DNA of 64,000 bases from Callorhinchus milii (lineage: Eukaryota). Both the position numbers and the translations under genes were made by a program. The first letter of the stretch is position 1. Each line of letters opens with the position of its first letter. The DNA is taken from positions 19,408,001-19,472,000 of the forward strand of contig NW_024704742.1 of assembly GCF_018977255.1 (NCBI RefSeq), written 5' to 3'. The notes below the pieces were generated by a model. That model ran no database searches, was not told where the DNA came from, and was given only the letters and a program-made list of their open reading frames with translations. Shown piece after piece: positions 38,121-49,699 of this stretch.

Positions 38121-39934
38121 TATGATTTTATACACCTATTTTATTTACTCCCCTCTCTCCCCTCTGCTAGGCTGACAAAAAAGCACATGTCACATGGTTA
38201 TTATAATTTTTTTATGTAATGCGTCAAAGAACAGTAAAAATATCCATCATAAAAGTCATGGAAGATATCCAAGCAGTGATACTTGAGGAGTTAAAATCTC
38301 TCATTTCACACCGGGCCATAAATTGTGGACCTCAGTGATATGAGTTTATAATGAAAAAAAACCATCATCTCCTCATGCCGTCAAACTATAAATTTATGGA
38401 CTAATGCACAGGGAATAAAATATTCTCGCCAAAGTCCATAAATTTGCCAATCTTCCCAGAATGGCTTACTCCATTGTTGACTGCCATTATATCTTCATTG
38501 TGGAGTTGTTATGCCCTCTGATTTACCATGTTGAGAATTTAGCTTAAAGCAGTTGAATTCTTTTTAAACCTCATTTTGCACTATACTCAAGGGGTGTAGT
38601 GTAATATGGATGGGGCTGCAATAATAATTCAAAAGGATAAATATATTCACTTCATCGGAATTAGTTATTCAGTGTGAAATATTGCAATTATCATGAATAC
38701 TTCACACAGCACATGAACCGCTGAATGTCTCATAACTGCATTTACACAATCCAATCACAGATGTGACAAAATAAAACTAACGTTTTGTACATACTATAAA
38801 TTAAAGTGACTTTTCAGTAGACATACATGTGCTGTGATAATACTGCAAAACTCAGACTGAATGGCCACCGTTTACCACAAAACATGCAGCATAAGTCGAG
38901 AGTTGATCCATTGTGAAAGCCCAACTCTTAGAATAATATAATAATCCTTGCATTTGATATACTGCCTTATCACGTCTTCGAGACGTCTCAAAGCGCTTCA
39001 CAGAATATACTATAAAGTGAATTTATTGTAAACTCTTCACACCACCTCGCAGTCAACATATCGAAATCATTGATCCAACTTGCTTAACTATCTGAACTAA
39101 ATTCACTGTGCATTGTGAATAAAGAGTGAAATATCGCTGAGTACAACATCCACAGAATTTTAATGCTCTGGATCCTAAATGCTGTTCCTTGTCTCCTATT
39201 ACCTTAAGTTGTATGACAGAGAGGAAAAGACTGAAAACATCGCTTCTGACCAGATAGTTGATGTATGTTCTTTTATGTTCCATAACTACCCAAACCTCTT
39301 GGTCTGGCTCAGTTGGTTAGCTATCTCGTCTCTCGTACACAAGGTTGTGGGTTGAAGCTCTACCCTGAGCTTCTTTCACATCACACAAAGCTTAGTCATT
39401 ATCAACAAAAGGCACTTCACAAAGCAAATAAAAAAAGTTGGGATGCAGACCAGAAAACAAAAAAAAGAAGGACAAACTTGTCTTTCACCTCTCTAAGGAC
39501 TCCTATGGACTCTCCATATCAAAAAAGAAAAAGTGTGCACATATGTCACTTCACACAAAGATAACGCTTAGAACTATTCTATTTTCCGATGATTCTTCTC
39601 TGTGCGATGTTGTCAGAAATCTGTATACCAACATTCTCATATGAAATGCTGTTTTAAGAAATGTTTTATTAATGAATGCAGTATCTGTAGTTGATGGCAG
39701 TTTATTCTGTCAGAATGTTCAATATATTACATACTCCTTTAAAACTGATCAAGAACATCTTACTCCACAGAAAAGCCTTAATAATTTTTATTTTTAGTCA
39801 CAGGAATATAGATCTTCAGAGTTTTTCAGAAAATAAAACAAAGTACTGAAACTGAGAAGCATTATTTCATGAGATTAATAATACGCGAGAGGAACCAAAA
39901 AACATCATAGAAACAGTGAGGGAACGGGAGAAGA

Positions 39935-40200
39935 GTCATAGGAACATACAGGAACATAGGAACAGGTGTAGGCCATTCAGTCCCGCGAGCCTGTTCCGTC
40001 ATTTTATAAGATCATGGTTGATCTGTACCTCAAGTCCAGTTACCTGCCCGTGCCCCATATCAACAAGATTCCAATTATTCCAACAGATATCCCTTAATAC
40101 CCTGACCTAACAAATATCTATCTACCTTCGTCTTGAAAATGTGAATGGATCCAGCATCCACAGGCTTTTAGGGGAGCGAGTTCCAGATTTCTCTGTCATC
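39935..40200 (-). mobile_element. CR1 3' tail
   Basis: CATAGGAA repeats followed by GTAGGCCATTCAG; reverse of the tail at 7900-7980. Confidence 0.8.
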
Positions 40201-42437
40201 TTGCGGAGGTGAGAGTAATCAGGAGATGGGCTGCAGTTGAGAGTAGTAATATCAAGTACAAGCGTTGCTATTATTATCATTAAAGGTGTTATAGAAATGC
40301 AAGTTGTTATTAAATGGCATTGCTGCTGTACCTCTCTGTCTCTCACACACACTTATGCCTAAGGTTGATTAGATTTCAACTAATGTGCTTGTCAATAGCT
40401 TGTTACAAGGCAAAATGTCAAAAACTCCAGTAGCGAAATATTGAATAGAAGGCATTACTGATTCACCACAGGACTGAGGAGTTGAGAATAATTGTAAGCA
40501 CATCAATCAGTACGCACATTTGACAGGGTGTTTTTCCGGTGAAGAGTAAGTAAGAGTAAGAGGTGCAGTAAGAGGAGGAAAGCACATGTTTCTGAATGGA
40601 ACATGGAAAATATTTAATGAGTGAACAGCCTCATTACTCACAATGGCATTTTGCAAAATGCTTTATTTTAATATTTTTTCTCCAGTGTTTGTGGTTCTTA
40701 CGTGAATGCTTAATGCAGAAATTGTTACATTTAACCCTTTTAGTGCCAAGCAGCCATTGGAGATCCCTGTCTCTGTGGGAAAATCCAATCTGTACATTTT
40801 CAGGTTTGTGAAGCTGGAATAGTACTTACACGACATTAATAAAGCTACTCAGACATTGGATAGATTTGTTGTTGTTAAATTACTCCTAATCCACTGAAAT
40901 ACATATCTCCTTCTCCCAATTATATATAAAAACAAGGTATGTAAACATTTTTTAAATATGTGTCAGTCTGGCTCAGTTAGTAGAATTCTTGCCTTAGGAC
41001 TTTAACATTATCATCTAGGATGCAGTCAGTGCCTTTCCTCAAAAGAGATTTTAAACCTAAATCCTGTCTGTCTATGTATTCTGTGAAGCGCTTTGCAACA
41101 ACTCGGATGCGATAAGGCGTTTTTTCACATGCAAGGATTATTATTATTATTTTAAACCAAGTTTAATTTTCTGCTTGTTTTTAAAGTTAGGAAGCATCGT
41201 TGACATTTTACATGTTTCTTCTGGGGGTAGGGGGGATGGGAGGGGAGGGAGGGGCAAGGAGCGTTAAAGTAATTGTAATCCCCATCTCCAAGGAGGATTT
41301 GCATGTTGAAATTATACCCATCCATTAAACATCCCTGCTCCCCATTCCTCTTGATTTTGCCAAGACGTAGCTTGATTTTCCGCAAGAGGTTATAAAAATC
41401 ATATATTTCTCCAGGGATAAGACACTGTGACAAATCACTAGCTTTATCTGTAATATCAAAATGCACATTTAAGTAAAAGTTATGTGCATGCAAAGGCTTT
41501 AACAATTAATAGTGGTCTCTGCTCCCTGCAGATTTTGTTCGATGTCTGCGGTTGGAAGATTAAATATTTGTCATAATTACACTCTAAGAAGGAACAAGAT
41601 GGAAGATCATTTCATTTCATAATCATTACAAAATGTTGATCTTCATAACCTTTTGCTTTTCATGCCTTTTATAACTCAGGTTATTCAGACACTCTGGCCA
41701 ATGACCTGTGTTGCAGTCAGCAAACTCAGATTGGAGACTGTGATTTTCTACACATGAAATCCTGAACATGGCAATTCCAGAAGAGAAGAAGAAGCAGGAC
41801 ATACCAGAATTATCCCATATAAAGGTGAGTCATCTCAGGTTTTCCGGCAGATCTGCTGGTTTGTAGCCAATGGGGAAAACCAGAAAGTGATTATTTCAAT
41901 TTTACGCATTGTAATCAATTTTGATCTGCGAATAGAATGCAAATGTCTTTATGTTTTAAGGTCAGCACAGATTAGATCAAGTGATTACAAATCTCGTTCA
42001 GTAGAATCATTCAAAATGGAATTGGCTAATTGAGCAGTTAAAAAAAATAAAGGATTTGTGGGGCTAAATTGGAAACTGGGATTATAAAAGAGGATAACAT
42101 GAATAAAAAATGGGAGGCAGTGATACAGAAACAATGGGCTGCATAGCCTCCTTCTGTATTTAAAATGGCTATGTTTAAATTAATATACAGTACAGTTTTC
42201 CACTTCAAGCATTATATTGATGTTCTTGGCTTTTATGCCGGGTAGCAATGGCCAAAGGTTTCCAAGTGATTTGATCTATCATAAAATAGAAATATAAAGA
42301 TTTTTGATACCAATGCAATTCTACTTCTGTAATAGAGGCACGTCACATGTAAAGTGGTGAATGCATTAACTCTTTGTATTTGTGATGACCGTGTGGTATT
42401 GGAATGAATTTACTGAGTACTTGTGCAAAGCCTGATA

Positions 42438-42759
42438 TAATAATAATAATCCTTGCATTTGATATAGTGTTTTTCACGTCGGGAGGATGTCCCAAAGCGC
42501 TTCACAGAACACACTGTAAAGTGAATTGACTGTATATTTGTGGGCAAACGCGGCAGCCAATTGCGCACAGCAATGTCCCACAAACAGTCGTAGATTGAAA
42601 ATGACCAATTTATTATTGTTTGGGGTTTTTGGAGGGATTATTATTAGGCTCTGTGTGGAGTAAGGAAACTTGCCCAAGGTTTCGCCCTCTGCCTGGAATT
42701 GAACTCAGGTCTCTCACTTGCAAAGTCAGTGCTCTAACCATTGAGCTATAGGACTCCAC
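42438..42759 (-). mobile_element. tRNA-Ala SINE, full length short variant
   Basis: Highly similar to 28878-29207. Confidence 0.95.
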
Positions 42760-42917
42760 ATATGACAGCGGATTCTGATCATTCAGTCAACAATGCATCC
42801 CAGAGAACTTGTAATTTTGTCCTGTCATACAACTGAACTCTTTGTGGGAAATTCATACCAGACACTATCAAAACTTATTATTATAAATACAAGGCTTATT
42901 ATTAATAACAATTGTTT

Positions 42918-43373
42918 TCCTACTTACTGCTAGGTAAACACATGTATTGAGTAAGGAAACTTGCCCAACGTTTCGCCCTGCCCGGAAATCGGACCCAGGT
43001 CCTCTCGTTTGCGATTCGAGTGCTCTATAACCACTCCACTATAAAGTGTAGTTGGCTGTATATTTTGCAGGGAAACACAGCAGTGAATTTGTGCAAACAA
43101 ACCATAAATAAATGACAAATTTTAGCGGGGGAATTGTTGGCCAGGTAACTCCTCTCTCTTTTAATTAGTACCATGGGATCTTTAATATCCATGCAAACAA
43201 GCAGACAGGATCGCAGTTTAACATTGCGATCCAAAGGACAGCACCTCCAACAATGCAGAATACAACCAGCCTTACATTGGAGTGTCAGCCTAGGCCATGT
43301 CAGTCTCGACTTGGTGCTTGAACCCACAACCTTTTGACTCAAAGGCAAGAGCACTACCAACTGAGTCAGGCTG
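42918..43373 (-). mobile_element. Deu-domain SINE (43040-43373) joined to long-variant tRNA-Ala SINE head (42918-43039)
   Basis: Reverse Deu motifs TAGTACCATGGGATCTTTAA and GAACCCACAACCTTTTGACTC; CTTACTGCTAGGTAAAC block. Confidence 0.8.
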
Positions 43374-44272
43374 CAACTTTACAGTTTGTCACTGTGCCAA
43401 AGAAGCAAAGGGAAAGCAGGTCTTACAAAGTAACGCTGAGTTCGAATATCAAAGTAAACCGCTGTAAATTATTTTATTCAGCATAGCGATAAAAGGAATA
43501 ACAACAACAGATGGAATCAAAATATATGGCTAGTATTGTGTGAGCCAGAACTTAGATGAACAACCTAGGTCACTGAAGAAAGGCTTCCAAGGACAATTGT
43601 ACACTGACAAACATTCCAAGTACATGGCATTACATCCTGTAGTTCATCATAATTCATCTCAGCAGTTCACTACACACTTAGTTTCAGAGGGTTGTAGTTT
43701 TCACAGGCTTGTACCATAAGACTGTTTGCTGCTTCATTGGTGGAATGCTAATAAGATGTAGCATCTCTGACTGTTGAAGTACAATTCTGTTTTGCTTTTT
43801 AAATCGAATCATTAAACGCACTGTTAAGTATTCTACAGATAAGTCACTGTCAAAGTTCAGTAGTAATAACAAGCTAACATATCAATTTTTTTTATGAACA
43901 GGTCATAGAGTCCAACTCAGTACATCTTGATCTTGTTAAAGAACCAAAAATTCAGCCAGTTAAAAATAAAAAAAATCTCAAGTATAATTATTAACTCTTA
44001 CCTCCTGTTTTGAGATCTTTACATCATCATTTGTTCCTGTTAGTTCAATCACTTTTCATTGCTGATAAAGGTTTGTGTTAATCATTGGACATAAAAGCAA
44101 GAATTCCACTTGATCATAGCCTGTAAGATTATTTGTTCTTAAAATTTAAGATTGTACAGAATTGTGGAAAATTCTTCAATTCAGTTTTAATTTGGAACCC
44201 AGTACTTTTTAAGAACTGCAGAAAGAAAAAAAGTTACAAAATAAGATTGAATTTAAGAATTTGTGCAAACTT

Positions 44273-44525
44273 TGGAGAAGGTTAAGAGGCGATTTGATTC
44301 CGTTTTTCAAAATTCTAAAGGGACTAAATAATGTACACCATCATAAACTGTTTAATCTTGTCCAGAACAGTAGAACTAGAGGACATGTCCGGCGATTGAA
44401 GGAGGGTAAATTTAAGCCAATTCTGCGGAAATACTATTTCAGTGAGCGAGTAATAAATGTATAGAACAAGCTCCTTAGGGAGACAGTGGAAGCAGAAAGC
44501 GTTGAATTTTTCAAATTAGATTTAT
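44273..44525 (+). mobile_element. CR1 3' fragment
   Basis: RRLRGDLIPFFKILKG..SRTRGH..YYFSERVINV. Confidence 0.85.
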
Positions 44526-44529
44526 TTTA

Positions 44530-45080
44530 ATGTACAGCACAGGAGAAGGCCGATCAGCCCATCGTGTCTGTACTGGCTCTTTAAAAGAACTTTCCATTCA
44601 GTCCCATTTATCTGTTGTTTCCCCATACCACTGCAAATTGCTCCTTTTTAGATATCTATCTAATTCCCTCTTGAAAGCTAATATAGAATCTTGACCACCC
44701 AGCAGAATATTCCACATCCTAAAACTCTCTGTGTAAAACAATTCCTCCTAATCTCCTTCTTTGCATTCTTCTAATTATCTTAAACTGATGCTCTCCAGTT
44801 ACTGACTCACCAACCAGTGGAAATATTTTTTCCCTATCTACTCTATCTAAATCCTTCATAATTTTAAAGATTTCTATCAGATTTCCCATCAATCTTCTCC
44901 CTTCCAATGCAAATAAGCCCAGTTCCTCTTGTCATTCTTTGTGGAAAGACAAGAGAAACAAGATGAAAATATTGATTCCTCGTATCATCCTGGTAAATCT
45001 CCTCTGACACTGACACTGACATCTATCCAAAAGTGAGGTGACCAAAGCTGAGCACAATACTGAACACTACGATCTAACCA
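44530..45080 (-). mobile_element. CR1 3' fragment
   Basis: GRRLMGNLIEIFKIMKDLDRVDREKIFPLVGESVT; 3'UTR as at 1380-1450. Confidence 0.85.
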
Positions 45081-46169
45081 ATGAAAGGAACCAGGAATAG
45101 GTTGATACGAATCTATCTTTGTGCTCCATATCACTCTGATGCAGGAAATGATATACTATCATCCTTCTCTACCCCCACCCGCCCCCAGTATGAAACCAAC
45201 TTAAGATTTGCAGAGAACTTTTTGCAAACAGAACATTTAGGTCAAATTCATGTTATTTCTTAATGGAAAGTAAAAAATTCCTTATTAAGAAATTTAGCTA
45301 GAAACACTTCTCCTGAAATAGACTGCTATATCAGTGTTTTGTACGTTTGCTTAAGAAAATAATTCTCCAGATGCACAATTTGTATTTCTTATAAGAAAAT
45401 CCATGAGAAATAATGCAAATTAGGCCGTTGAAGTTCATTATACATGCCGCTGTATTGGTCCTACTCTTTTCGACATTTACAGTATAATAAACAAGCCATT
45501 CAACTCTGCTGAGATCACTGTTAAACTGAGTTTAACACAAAGCATGACATTTTTACCCTTGGAGTAACAATTCTTGTAAATTATTTGAAGAGTTATTGTA
45601 TTTCAATAGGATTGAAATATTGTTACAGTGGGTAATGAATTTGAAAGCTTCTAGGCAGTCTGTCAAGTTTGTTAGAATAATTTTGTTTCTCAAGTAAAAA
45701 TTGATCTTACCTCTGCGGAATGAAAACAGCAGAATGCACTTCATAAAAGTCCATTTATAGCCATCATTTGATTTCAAACGTATCCATAAAGGTCAAATAT
45801 ATTTAGCTAGCTAGCATGATAACACATGTATACTCTATTAGGAATTCAAGCTCTGTAACATTACAACATTATTGAAGATGCCAATCTCAGAAAGGTGCTT
45901 GTCACCAGAACTAGCAATACGTTTCCTGAAAATTTGTATTTTCTGTTCGTATTGATGCAGAATCTAGTTTATATCAAGGAATGTTTGTAAAAATTGACTT
46001 GATATAAACAATGAGGTCTAAAATACAATTTCTAGCTATTTCTAAACAACAAGAGGAGACTTTCGAGGTCACTGAAGGTACAAGTCCATTTGCAGGAATT
46101 CTACTTCAAAAATATATTAAGTCGGTAAAAAGATATAAAAGTAATGTAAAAGGTGTAATGTAGATCCAT

Positions 46170-46515
46170 TCAAATGTTACCAGATTCTGGTATGGCGAGA
46201 AACTTGAGAAGTTAGGGCTTTTTTCACTAGAAGTTGTTTAAGGATTATCTGGTGGAGGTCTTCAAGATTATGAAGGATAATGATGAGGGAAATAGTAACA
46301 GATCATTATCACTGGTTGGTGCGTGAGCAGAGAGAGGACATAAAATCGAGATAATCAATTCAGACTCTATAAATTATTTTAAAAGGGAATTAGAAAAAAG
46401 AAAAAGAAAAGAAAAAGAAGAATATTAAAGGATTTTGGGAGCAAGCAGGAGATTAAGGAGATTAGATTAAGTTGCTCAAGAGGAGAAAAGGACCAGCACA
46501 GAATTGATAAGCCAA
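46170..46515 (+). mobile_element. CR1 3' fragment, decayed
   Basis: CTTGAGAAGTTAGGGCTTTTTTCACTAGAA (LEKLGLFSLE); GAGGTCTTCAAGATTATGAAG. Confidence 0.7.
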
Positions 46516-46684
46516 ATTTTCAGTTTATTCCTGAATAAAATAATAATAAACGTTGCATTTTATTCAGCGCCTTGTTATATTATTGAAATGTATCAAAGCA
46601 CTTCACAGGATGTTACTCCAATATATAATGATTGTGTATTTGTAGCTGAATGTAGCAGCCAATTTCGATACCAGAGAAGATAAG

Positions 46685-47380
46685 CGGTGGTCTCCTTGAA
46701 GCTGAACTGGCTGCAAGGTGACATGTTTGGCAATGGAATGTCAGAATCGAGCCCACCCGTGTGCTGGTCTAGGTAATCCAGTTCTTGAGCCGGACAGGTC
46801 CACAGTCCTCCTGGGCACTGCTGATAACAACACAGACTGGCTGGCTCATTGGCAGGACTTGTAAGGACAGACCACTCATTGAGGACAGAGACTCTTCCGA
46901 CTCAGCTTCCGTTACCCGTGAAGCCAAAGCCCTAATGGGTAGGTTGGCCCTAGCTGGACAAGGACCAGGAAAGCTTGCCAGACCGTGCTCTCGATGGTAA
47001 GTTATGTGGTTTTAGCTCTTAAGACTCCAACAGTACACATTCTGGGGTCGCCAAGCCTTGGCTCTTGCCAAATTGCACCTAATTTTTTTTTGAAAATATA
47101 TATTTATTTATAATATAATATTTAGTACAACAGAAATTCAAAACAAACACAACATCTTCTGTTACAATTTTTTTCTTTTCTCCCAATACAAAAAACATTC
47201 CGTTGTTCACAGTACATTCCTTCACCATACTTTATGGAATCACGTAAGCAGGATGTGTTCTTCCAGGGTAAAAGTGTGCATTCCATTGAAACAAACATCT
47301 CTGGACTTTCCATGTTACGTGGGTTGCATGGAATTCCATTTGGTTTGAATACTCTGAAGCACTGAGATTTTTTTTGCATG
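46685..47380. repeat. Unclassified ancient interspersed repeat, copy 2
   Basis: GGTGACATG.TT.GCAATGGAATGTCAGAATC is shared with 58916-58947; further colinear blocks. Confidence 0.7.
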
Positions 47381-47504
47381 TGTCAACAACAACTTGCATT
47401 TATGTAGCACCCTGCACACATGGTAGAGTCTCGGAGAGCTTCAGACACCCAGTTCACCAAACAGAAAGCCAATTTGCATACAGTCCATAAAGTGAATGAC
47501 TAAT

Positions 47505-47700
47505 TTTAGAAGGATTGTTCATCAGGACACTGAGAGAAACTGCCTTCTCTTATCCAATAGTGCCATGGGATCTTCAATGTCCACTTGAACAAATAGATGG
47601 GACATTGCTTTAACATCTCATCTGAAGGATGGTACCTCTGACAATGTAGTGCGCCCCGCAGTACTACATTTGGAGTGTTAGCCGAGTTGAAGTACTCAAA
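47505..47700 (-). mobile_element. Deu-domain SINE core
   Basis: AATAGTGCCATGGGATCTT; TTTAACATCTCATCTGAAGGATGG. Confidence 0.8.
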
Positions 47701-48667
47701 ATCCAAAAATGAGGTTAGCATTTCAGATCATGCAAATTATGTACAATTCTTGAATTGAATCTCAACTTTGAAGCATTTTTCTCTAGTTCTTAAAAAAAAC
47801 TATGGAAATAAAACCAAACTTAAAAATTAAGACTCAATGTATGAATTGTCCAAAATTTGTACATTCTGAAATGCTAAGAAAAAATCTAAAAGTCTAAACG
47901 GAGGCTAAATTCCCTAGAAATCTAAATAAAAGAATTATTTGATATCAGTTAGTGGCAAGCCAGTATTCTTAAGTACCTTGGGATGTCTTCCCGATGTGAA
48001 AGGAGCCACAGAAATGTAAATTTGTATTGTAATTTGTATTGGATTGTAATTAGCCCCTCTGAACTGCATCGTCAATTCAATACAATACAAAATTACATTT
48101 GTGTAGCACCTTTCACATCGGGAGGACGTCCCAAGGATGTCTTACCTTTCATCAAGATCATTGTGTGACTATTAGAATGATTCTCACAGGGTCAACCTTA
48201 ACTCTCTGCAATACAGGTCATGCCACCCCGAACGTTTTGTTACCGGATTCAAATGGAGTGTTCTGCAGAATTGGATTAAACACAGGAATTTACTTAAAAA
48301 CAAAGACAACAGATTATTACGTAATTGAGTTCAGGCTCCATGCCATGTAACAGAAGAATCTATTATCCAGTACCGAAAGCAATCAAGGCAACACACATAA
48401 ATCAGGTTTCTTTAGCAGAATCCTCTCTGTACACAATTAAACAGGATAATTTAAAACAAATAAGTATTGTGCTACAGAAGCTCCATGAGCATATTTGATT
48501 AGTGTCACCCATTTTTTTTCAGTGGTACATTGACCAAGAGCCAAACCAGATGAGAGCAGCAAACACAACATTCTTTCTTGGCTGAAATATTGCAGAAAGG
48601 GAGACACAAGAGATGTAACTCAACTATTTCTCAACTTTTAATTTATTCCCAGGTCGCTGTTATATTA

Positions 48668-48840
48668 CTAATAAGAATCCTTGCATTTGATGTTTCACTT
48701 TATCACGTTGTTGAGACGTCTCAAAGCACTTCACAGAATATATTATAAAGTGGATTGACTGTGTATATGTGGGCGAAACATGGCAGCCAATTGCGCACAG
48801 CGGTGTGCCACAAACAGTCGTAGATTGAGTGATCAATTAT
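48668..48840 (-). mobile_element. SINE 3' half
   Basis: Shared tail sequence. Confidence 0.85.
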
Positions 48841-48967
48841 TTTTACTTCATTAAACTATCAGGGTATGCCCCAATACTACTTTCTCAATCTCCTTTGTCA
48901 TGGGTATGGGGAAGCAACAGGGAATAGAATTTGAATATAGAGCTCTGGCTGGAAAGCTAGTACCAAG

Positions 48968-49297
48968 AGGAGTCCTGTAGCTCAGTGGTTAGAGCACTCG
49001 CTTTGCAAGTGAGAGACCTGAGTTCAATTCCAGGCAGAGGGCGAAACCTTGGGCAAGTTTCCTTACTCCACACAGAGCCTAATAATAATCCCTCCAAAAC
49101 CAAAAACAATGATAAATTGGTCATTTTCAATCTACGACTGTTTGTGGGACATTGCTGTGCGCAATTGGCTGCCGCGTTCGCCCACAAATATACAGTCAAT
49201 TCACTTTACAGTGTGTTCTGTGTTCTGTGAAGCGCTTTGGGACGTCCTCCCAACATGAAAAGCGCTATATCAAATGCAAGAATTATTATTATTATTA
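48968..49297 (+). mobile_element. tRNA-Ala SINE, full length short variant
   Basis: A and B boxes, TGC anticodon loop, (ATT)n tail; 7-bp internal duplication of GTGTTCT. Confidence 0.95.
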
Positions 49298-49699
49298 AGA
49301 GAGATACAATTGGATCAAATGGCCTTCTTCATTGCTGTAATTTCTATGGAGTCTATTTTGTCACCAATGCGGTGCCTTAAAAATGAATCTGAGCAACTCA
49401 TATTGGAAATCTTTTCAGTCACCAGAAGTATTTCATACCAACCGGTGAGAACTCTGCATGATTTAATTCCGGGAGCAGAGTGCTCAAAAGTCGATGAGAA
49501 TCCTCAAATGTAATGCAAATAAGAAATGCCACAAATTAGATCCCATCTGATTCCATGGCAAATATAGTGGGCAAGATATTTCAATGCTAAGAACCAACAG
49601 CTCACAGCCCTCTGTGAATTGGACCCTACAGCAAACTCTTTGAGAAAGCAGCCCTTGATTGAATCGTTACAACCTTTGGCTATTTTGAAATATTCCATT

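Noticed and set aside
48968..49040. tRNA-Ala gene
   Set aside because: It is the SINE head, continues into SINE body, lacks a proper acceptor stem and is multi-copy
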